Assembly: GCF_006345805.1 (NCBI RefSeq)
Contig: NW_021828762.1
Coordinates: 1 to 7,728, forward strand
Origin: Octopus sinensis
Taxonomy: Eukaryota
Direction of reading: 5' to 3'
DNA length: 7,728 nucleotides
Shown here piece by piece: positions 1-6,507 of this stretch. The notes under the pieces were generated by a model that saw only the letters and a list, made by a program, of their open reading frames with translations, made no database searches and was not told where the DNA came from. The stretch's first letter is position 1, and the number at the start of each line of letters is the position of its first letter. The translations under genes and the position numbers were made by a program.

Positions 1-81
1 TCGACCACAGCGGATTTGAACTCGGAACGTAAAGACAGACGAAATACTGCTAAGCATTTTCCCAGGCGTGCTAACGTTTCT
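1..81 (-). mobile_element. SINE-A copy 1 (tRNA-derived SINE), partial; lacks first ~14 nt and runs off the left edge
   Basis: Reverse complement AGAAACGTTAGCACGCCTGGGAAAATGCTTAGCAGTATTTCGTCTGTC...CCGAGTTCAAATCCGCTGTGGTCGA aligns to 475-557. It is joined directly to the 3' tail of copy 2. Confidence 0.9.
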
Positions 82-302
82 TATTTCTTTATTGCCCATA
101 AGGGGTTAAACATAGAGAGGACAAACAAGGACGGACAAAGGGATTAGGTCGATTACAGTGTGTAATTGGTTCTTAATTTATCGACCCCGAAAGGATGAAA
201 GGCAAAGTCGACCTCGGCTAATTTGAACTCAGAACGTAACGGCAGACGAAATACTGCTAAGCATTTCGCCCGGTGTGCTAACGTTTCTGTTAGCTCGCCG
301 CC
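82..302 (-). mobile_element. SINE-A copy 2, near full length
   Basis: Reverse complement aligns end to end with 461-693, with about 7 differences in the first ~130 nt and one ~10-nt deletion. It has A-box-like and B-box-like (GAGTTCAAATT) motifs and a ...AAAGAAATA tail. Confidence 0.92.
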
Positions 303-460
303 TTGATTCGGAAACACTATTACGTATGAACTGAACCTAAAAGATTGATTGAAGATATATGATATGTTAAATAAACGTGTCAATTTAATGTATCTTGAAG
401 CATGAAACTATTAATAGTTCTTGTAGCCAGGTAGTGGTAGTAAGAATCTTGAGAATATAA

Positions 461-693
461 GGCGGCGAGCTGGCAGAAACGTTAGCACACCGGGCGATAT
501 GCTTAGCGGTATTTCGTCTGCCGTTACGTTGTGAGTTCAAATTCCGCCGAGGTCGACTTTGCCTTTCATCCTTTCGGGGTCGATAAATTAAGTACCAGTT
601 ACGCACTGGGGTCGATGTAATCGACTTAATACCTATGTCTGTCCTTGTTTGTCCCCTCTGTGTTTAGCCCCTTGTGGGTAATAACGAAATAGG
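461..693 (+). mobile_element. SINE-A copy 3, full length, with 16-bp TSD
   Basis: Starts GGCGGCGAGCTGGCAGAAACG and ends ...CTTGTGGGTAATAACGAAATAG. It is flanked by the direct repeat GGTAGTAAGAATCTTG (436-451 and 692-707) and has four other copies in the window. Family placement among octopus tRNA-derived SINEs (OK/OR1/OR2 type) is recall only. Confidence 0.93.
471..545 (+). promoter_or_regulatory. Pol III type-2 internal promoter (A box and B box) of SINE-A copy 3
   Basis: A-box-like TGGCAGAAACG at 471-481 and B-box-like GAGTTCAAATTCC at 533-545 (consensus GGTTCRANNCC). The ~50-nt spacing is longer than in a plain tRNA. Confidence 0.65.
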
Positions 694-1080
694 TAGTAAG
701 AATCTTGCTTCCCAACCACTGCATGGTACATTGAGCAAAGCCTTGTGAGTGGAAACTGAAAGAAGCCTGTCGTATATAAATATGTATATTTATCTATACC
801 TGTGTGTTTTTGAATCTATGTTTGTCTCCCATCACCTCTTGACAACTGATGTTGGTGTGTTTACGTGCCCGCTACTTACTGGTACGGCAAAGCGAACGAC
901 AGAACAAATACCAAGTTAAAAAGTTTTTTAAAAATACTAGGGTGGGATCGATTTATTCGTCTAAAAAATTTTCAAGGCAGTGCCCCCGCATGGCCGCATT
1001 CCAATGACTCAAACAAGTCGAACAAATGGACTCGGCTTTGGTACTTATTTTTGTTTTTAAAATTTGGTATTTATTCTGTT

Positions 1081-1156
1081 AGACAATTGTCCAAGGTGCC
1101 ACAAGTCGGATTGAACTGGAAATTACATAGTTGCAAAGCGAAGCCTCTTAAACACA
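1081..1156 (-). mobile_element. SINE-B head fragment, diverged
   Basis: Reverse complement TGTGTTTAAGAGGCTTCGCTTTGCAACTATGTAATTTCCAGTTCAATCCGACTTGTGGCACCTTGGACAATTGTCT aligns to the SINE-B head at 7699-7728. It keeps a B box (GTTCAATCC) and a CORE-like CCTTGGACAA motif. Confidence 0.7.
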
Positions 1157-1202
1157 AGTATACATACAAATACTTATCTAGCTTTTTCATCTACAGATAT
1201 GT

Positions 1203-1365
1203 TATTTCTTTATTGCCCACAAGGAGCTAAACACAGAGGGGACAAACAAAGGGATTAAGTCGATTCCAGTGCGTAAATGATACTTAATTTATCGACCTCG
1301 AAAGGATGAAAGGCAAAGTCGACCTCGGCGGAATTTGAACTCACAACGTAACGGCAGACGAAATA
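1203..1365 (-). mobile_element. SINE-A copy 4, 5'-truncated (starts at ~nt 50), two ~10-nt internal deletions
   Basis: Aligns to 510-690 on the opposite strand and is fused to the tail of copy 5. Confidence 0.9.
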
Positions 1366-1366
1366 T

Positions 1367-1596
1367 CTATTTCTTTACTACCCACAAGGGGCTAAACACA
1401 GGGAGGACAAACAAGGACAGACAAAGGAATTAAGTCGATTATATCGACCCCAGTGCGTAGCAGGTACTTATTTAATCGACCCCGAAAGGCTGAAGGTCAA
1501 AGTCGACCTCGGCGGAATTTGAACTCAGAACGAAGCGGCAGATGAACTGCCACTAAGCATTTCGCCCGACGTGCTAACGTTTCTACCAGCTCGCCG
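1367..1596 (-). mobile_element. SINE-A copy 5, near full length
   Basis: Reverse complement runs from CGGCGAGCTGGTAGAAACG to ...GGGTAGTAAAGAAATAG and aligns to 461-693. Confidence 0.92.
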
Positions 1597-1605
1597 ATTT
1601 AATCT

Positions 1606-2330
1606 ATAGATGTATGTATTTGTATATTAGTCTGCATAAGTGGGTTTGTCTATATTTATATACGTGTATTTATGTATTTTGTTTAGGTATATTTTCACTT
1701 GTGTGTTTATATATTTGTATGTGCTTGCTTATTAATCTGCTTTTATATATGTGTATGTCTATATATTTATGTCTGTGTGTGTGTGTGTGTTTGTGCTACA
1801 ATGTATTAAGGTGTGCATACGCTTGTCTGTGTGCAACTATGTAGATAGATAGGTACATACGTACATACATACATACATATATACATACATAAATACATAC
1901 ATACATATACATGCATATATATGTTAAAACATAATAAATGCATAAACAAACGGAAAAGAGACACAAAAGGTCGCCAAATCCTAGTATATTTGTATATACA
2001 TACATATCTACATACGTTGATAGACTGATACATACACTACACACATACACACATGCATATATATATATATATATATATACATATATATACATATATATAT
2101 ACATATATATACACATATATACATATATATGTATATATGTATATATATATTTATATATATATATATATATGTATGTATATATATATATCTATACATATAT
2201 ATATATACATAAACACACACAACACATACGTACAAAGATGAATATATACACAGGCACACACACAGACGCGCTCGCATCACACACCCGTACGTATCTCACG
2301 CGCACACACACAGACGCACGCACGCACGCG
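1606..2330. repeat. Compound microsatellite: degenerate (TG/TA)n, (TACA)n at ~1854-1920, (TA/CA)n at ~2004-2212, (CA/CG)n at ~2213-2330
   Basis: Read directly. It explains the Y/I/C/V/M-rich ORFs on both strands. Confidence 0.95.
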
Positions 2331-2401
2331 TCACAGGTAAGAAAAATGATTACACACATAAATATCTAGATGTGTGTATATTGCCTTGTTTCACTCACAC
2401 T

Positions 2402-2461
2402 CCCTCTCTCTCACTCTCTTTCATTCTCTCTCGCTTTCACCTCTCTCTCCCTCTCTCTTCA

Positions 2462-2488
<27 letters not shown>
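2402..2488. repeat. (CT)n microsatellite, imperfect
   Basis: Read directly. Confidence 0.95.
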
Positions 2489-2492
<4 letters not shown>

Positions 2493-2539
2493 GTGTGTGT
2501 GTATTTCTGTTACTACTCGTCTGTCTATTAAATTTTCGC

Positions 2540-2607
<68 letters not shown>

Positions 2608-2660
2608 ATACATTATATATCTATCATCTATCTATCTATCTATCTATCTACCTATCTATC
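2540..2660. repeat. (CTAT)n / (GATA)n microsatellite; perfect 17 units at 2540-2607
   Basis: Read directly. Confidence 0.97.
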
Positions 2661-2672
2661 CCTATTGATCGG

Positions 2673-2850
2673 TTTTTTTCCTCTTCCCCTTTTCCCCCCT
2701 TTTTCTTCTTTTTCTCATTTCTCTTTTCTTTTGTTCCTTTTCCTTTTTTTTTTTTTATTTTTTCCCCCTTTTACGATCCCTTTTGATCGAAAACCTACGC
2801 CACCTTTTTTTTTTGTTTCTTCTGTTTTTTGTTTTTTTGTTTTTTTCATC
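2673..2850. repeat. T/C-rich low-complexity tract
   Basis: Runs of T and C with few purines. Confidence 0.85.
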
Positions 2851-3236
2851 CCCCAAAAGAAAAGCTCTACCTTGTAACTTGTCCCATCTGTGTGCAGCCC
2901 TGTGTGGCCAATAAAGAAACTTATCTATCTATCTATCTATCTATCTAACATCATATATCCATCTGTCTATCTTCCTTTCAGTCATATTTCCCAAATTTTT
3001 CCTCGTGAAGTTGATTTATGCATCGCTTCCTATGTTGTCAACGTGAATATGTCTCTGTGTAACTCTTTCACTTCCTTCACGATCAGTTGCTCCCCAGCCC
3101 CACAGCTCTCTCACCCACCCTCTCTTTCTCTCACTCATCCCCCTCTCTCTCTCTTATCTCTTATGAGTGAACTTGGCCCTCTTTCGAACTGCTAGGAAAT
3201 AACACTAATCGCACCACACATTAGATAAGATAGTCC

Positions 3237-3259
3237 TATATATATATATATATATATAT
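3237..3259. repeat. (TA)n microsatellite
   Basis: Read directly. It is flanked by the GATAGTCCTA direct repeats. Confidence 0.95.
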
Positions 3260-3380
3260 TAGGTCTGAATATATGCGGGATAGTCCTAGGAAAAAAGCCT
3301 TTGATCACATGTATGCTTGACCAGACTTGGCCTTCGCCTTCACAGTAGCAACAGCGACTTACTCTATCACATTCTCTCTC

Positions 3381-3460
3381 CCTTATCTATCGTTCTCTTC
3401 CCCTATCTATCGCTCTCTCCCCATATCTATCGTTCTCTCCCCCTATCTGTCACTCTCTTC
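3381..3460. repeat. 20-bp minisatellite, 4 units (consensus CCCTATCTATCGTTCTCTYC)
   Basis: Units in exact 20-nt register: CCTTATCTATCGTTCTCTTC, CCCTATCTATCGCTCTCTCC, CCATATCTATCGTTCTCTCC, CCCTATCTGTCACTCTCTTC. Confidence 0.9.
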
Positions 3461-4209
3461 CCTCTTTCTCGCTCTACCTTCTCTCTCTCTCGCTCTTCCT
3501 CCATCTCTCACATTCTATCTCCCTCGATCTCGCTCACCCTCGCATTCTTCACTTCCCCTCCCTGCCTTCTCGCTTCCTCTCATTCTCTCGCCTTCTTTCC
3601 TTCCCTCTCTCTTCTTCTCCTACCCGCTATCTCGCTCTCCTTCCCCTCTCTCTCCCTCTCACCCCTCATTCGTTCTCTTCTCTCTAGCTCTCCGTCTCTC
3701 TCTCTCTTTCCTTTCTTTTCATATTTCTCCCTTTTCTCTCTTTCCCTCTGTCTCTCTCTCTCTATCTCCCTCTCTCTCTCTCTCTCTCTCTCCCTCTCCC
3801 ATCCTCCGTCTCTCATATAAACACATAAACACACATACGCATACGTTCATACATCACAAACTTTCTGCTCTTCTCTATATTCCCTTGGTTGCTATGTTTC
3901 CCGCCCACCTTTACTTTCACTTTCTCTTTATTTGTCTTCCGTTATCCCTTCTTTGTGTTCCCTCGACCACCGCACTGGCACAATCTCATTTCTCATGCGT
4001 TTATTCCACTTTTCTTTGCTCCCCTCATTTTCTTTCTCTCTCTCTCTTTCTCTCTCTCCATATATTTTCTCTCATGTTAACTCTTTCTTCTTTCTGTTTT
4101 CGGTCTCTTTCACCGTCAATCTACCTCACCGTTTTAGTTTTATTCTCTTTAGCTTTGCAGCTCTCCTAATTTTTTTTTCTTTTAACTCTAGCTTCTCCCA
4201 AACATTCCT

Positions 4210-4278
<69 letters not shown>

Positions 4279-4354
4279 ACAGTCCCCTTCCCCCTCTTTC
4301 TCTCTCTGTCTCTTTCTCTCTATTTCTCTCTCTCTTCTCTCTCTCTTCTCTCCA
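3461..4354. repeat. CT-rich low-complexity region including perfect (CT)28 at 4222-4277
   Basis: Read directly. It explains the L/S/P-rich and E/R-rich ORFs. Confidence 0.9.
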
Positions 4355-4822
4355 TCTATCTATCTATCGATTGATGGATTGATACATCGTTTTGCCTGCG
4401 CAACAATTCTGGCCATTTATCTACCTATCAAACAAGCCATACATCTATTTTTACCCAACTCTCTATCCACTTACCTATCAATCTATCTAGCTATTTATTA
4501 ATCTATTCATCTATCTACCTATCGATCTATCTATCTACATACTTTTCCATCTGTCTATCTATTTATCTATGTATTCCTCTGTCCATCTACCTATTTATAT
4601 ATTTATCTATCTATGTATCCATCTATCTTCCTATCCAGCTATCCATCAATTTATATATCCTTCTATTCATCTAGTTATCCATCCATCAATCCCTCTATTC
4701 ATCTATCTACCAATCTCTCTATCCATCTATCTAACTATCTATCTATTTACCTATCTGTCTGTCTGTCTGTCTGTCTGTCTATCCGAGCTATCTATCTGTC
4801 AGTATATCTATCTATCTATCTA
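4355..4822. repeat. Degenerate (CTAT/CCAT)n with (CTGT)n at ~4751-4779
   Basis: Read directly. Confidence 0.9.
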
Positions 4823-4842
4823 TTTTTCTGTCTGAAGTAGGC

Positions 4843-5059
4843 AAATTAGAAGTGTTGTTACAGTTTTAGATAAAATAGCCCGCAGAATTCGTTCCAACTA
4901 TCTGCGCTCCGATTTCAAATCCTGTCGTGCTCAACTTTACCGGTCATCCTTGGAGTGCCGATAAGGAAACAGTACCAACCCAGGACAGTGGATGGACAGA
5001 AATGCTCGAAAGTTGGACAAAACGTCTTTTAGTAGTGGTTCTGGTTCTTTGCTTTCTGA
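4843..5059 (+). mobile_element. Old diverged SINE-A-like copy (core 4903-4977) followed by a probable second head (4995-5059)
   Basis: 4903-4964 matches the SINE-A consensus (copy-3 region 525-586) at 44/62 ungapped positions by hand count, including TTCAAAT, TCATCCTT and CGATAA...AGTACCA. The second head, GACAGAAATGCTCG...GGACAAAACG, is weaker (~60%). Confidence 0.65.
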
Positions 5060-5315
5060 CAACAATATCTTCGACCTTGCTAATCTGTATCGGTCCTAAA
5101 GTGGTTATATTTCCTTTGAATGGACGTTGGTGACGTGAAGAAGATAGACTTGTATTTACGGGCAGCGATTAGTTTCCTCAAAATTTTCTTGTCCAGGCCT
5201 ACACTTTTATGTACAGATGCGTGGTCAACATCGAGCGACAGAGCCTTTGAATAGAATGCATCATTCTATTTAGATATATGTTTACTTAATTCATCTATCC
5301 AGCCTTTTTGCAGGA

Positions 5316-5373
5316 GTGCTATATACATGCATACATGTATAAATGTGTTATATACATGCATACATGTATAAAT
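5316..5373. repeat. 29-bp tandem duplication (28/29 identical), each unit holding an 8-bp hairpin
   Basis: GTG(C/T)TATATACATGCATACATGTATAAAT occurs twice. The inner hairpin is TATACATG-CATA-CATGTATA. Confidence 0.9.
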
Positions 5374-5398
5374 AGGGGTGTCTGTGTGTGTGTGTGTA

Positions 5399-6501
5399 TT
5401 AAGTTGGAGAGAAAATCTAATCGTTTTTCTTTTTTACATGATGAATTTTAAGGTTACTTTTTCAATACTTATACATTAATTTATGTATTCTTTCTTTCTG
5501 TCTTTGTAGATTACTTTGCACCATAGCGGGTAAATTTGTAGTAATTTTACCCTTTTAAGATGAGTTTAGATCAGACACCTACCAGACTCTACGGTCTCTA
5601 TGAATCCAAAATGAGTTCTTCAGCAATAAAAGCGGCAACAAATATTACTTCTGACAAAGGAAATTAAGCTTTAAGTGTCCAAGCATGACAACGATGGATT
5701 GACCAGTTTCGCTTGGAAAATATTTTTCCGGCAAATTCTCCTCAATCGATTTAAACGAACAAATTGAGGAAATTTCAAAGCAACATGCACTAGAATTAGC
5801 AAAACTGTTAAATTGAAGTCACATTTCGGCCATAAAACACCTTCATGGACTAGGAAGTGTATATAAACTTGTTTTGTGGGCCCCTCGTCATCTGATTACT
5901 TCTTACCTTAATCAAGGATTTGTCCAATGCTCATCATTAAAGAGTAGACTTGTTACCGAAACTTTCTGGATCCACAAGCAATGAAAAACGGGTCCCTGTA
6001 ATTATACCCAACGAGAATGACAACTGTTAGCACTCAATGAAAATAGATAATCTCAAACCTGTTCTACACTCTAAAAACGATGTGTTCTGTGTTTGATGCG
6101 ATATGAAGTGTGTCGTCTATCACGAAGTGTTAAACCAAAACGAAACAACGCGGAAATGTGTTATTGTCAATTAGAAGTATTGCGACACAAAATATGGAAT
6201 TTTTGTTGATTATATTTTGTTCCTTGATCTTGCTCCAGCTACTGACTTTTGAGATAATTGCAACATTATTTATAAGGATATTTTTATTAGTTGTAAAGAG
6301 ATTAAAAAATGATACAGAATGTTTCTTTGATTTGAACCCTAAAGAATTTTTGCAGCCAAGAAATCAACAATTTGGTAAAAAGACGGGATGATGCTATCAG
6401 TTATGAGGGAGAAATATTATCTTGATTAAATATATCAAGACCAAAGGAAAATTTGTTTCTTTTGCATCTTGAAATGCAAGAGAACTTCCTTTCCAACCTA
6501 A
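5399..6501 (+). mobile_element. Fossil mariner-family DNA transposon (~1.1 kb, internally deleted)
   Basis: The left TIR TTAAGTTGGAGAGAAAAT follows TA at 5397-5398. The reverse complement of the right TIR (ending 6501), TTAGGTTGGAAAGGAAGT, matches it at 14/18 and resembles the TTAGGTTGG start of Hsmar1-type mariner TIRs. A degraded transposase lies between them. The right target TA appears mutated (GA). Confidence 0.88.
5560..6429 (+). pseudogene. Mariner DD34D-type transposase pseudogene (multiple stops, frameshifts, internal deletion)
   Basis: Spliced-frame translation gives MSLDQTPTRLYGLYESKMSSSAIKAATNI...ALSVQA*QRWIDQFR (N-terminal HTH); ELAKLLN*SHISAIKHLHGLG..KLVLWAPRHL (WVPHEL motif, 5877-5894); TSNEKR (TGDEKW, 5974-5991); LHSKNDVFCV*CDMKCVVYHEVL (HPKKVMLCVWWD-like, from 6064); YCQLEVL; LDLAPATD (YSPDLAPSD, 6223-6246); KNDTECFFDLNPKEF; INNLVKRRDDAISYEG..YYLD* (typical mariner C-terminus). 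Confidence 0.93.
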
Positions 6502-6507
6502 GATATA

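Larger units (their letters stand above)
423..1025 (+). mobile_element. SINE-B (second tRNA-headed family) interrupted by SINE-A copy 3; pieces ~423-451 and 692-~1025; internally deleted
   Basis: GTAAGAATCTTGCTTCCCAACCAC (696-719) matches GTAAGTAGCTTGCTTACCAACCAC (7705-7728) and the reverse complement of 1081-1156. The body (CAAAGCCTTGTGAGTGGAAACTGAAAGAAGCC...TGTTGGTGTGTTTACGT...GCATGGCCGCA...ATGACTCAAACAAG) matches an octopus SINE as I recall it. The 3' boundary is approximate. Confidence 0.8.

Noticed and set aside
406-419. Perfect 14-bp palindrome AACTATTAATAGTT between the divergent SINE heads
   Set aside because: It is isolated and very AT-rich, so plausible by chance, and no function can be assigned.
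461-693. Self-cleaving ribozyme (hammerhead/HDV) or genuine tRNA gene in the SINE
   Set aside because: There is no CTGANGA...GAAA core and no HDV P3/L3 motif in the right topology. The head has A/B-like boxes but no full cloverleaf by eye. An Infernal/tRNAscan-SE run would settle it.
153-1230. ORFs 153-383, 385-606 and 865-1230
   Set aside because: They lie within SINE copies and run across element boundaries, with no protein motifs.
1-1600. CRISPR-like array of repeated ~200-bp units
   Set aside because: The units are long, in both orientations, have no unique spacers and carry Pol III boxes and a TSD; these are SINEs in eukaryotic DNA.
2331-2342. Strong donor CAG|GTAAGA
   Set aside because: There is no upstream acceptor with a pyrimidine tract; the upstream sequence is microsatellite.
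2965-3050. Possible exon after CTTCCTTTCAG (HISQIFPREVDLCIASYVVN)
   Set aside because: The donor is weak (GTGAAT) and the peptide is unrecognisable.
1614-4840. Numerous 60-280 aa ORFs on both strands
   Set aside because: They are translations of stop-free microsatellites (YIYI, LSLS, IYLS, ERER) with no recognisable domain.
4927-5133. 68-aa ORF with hydrophobic stretch
   Set aside because: It has a non-ATG start and overlaps degenerate SINE sequence.
6158-6391. 77-aa ORF as an independent small membrane protein
   Set aside because: It is part of the frameshifted mariner transposase; only its KNDTECFFDLNPKEF segment is in the ancestral frame.
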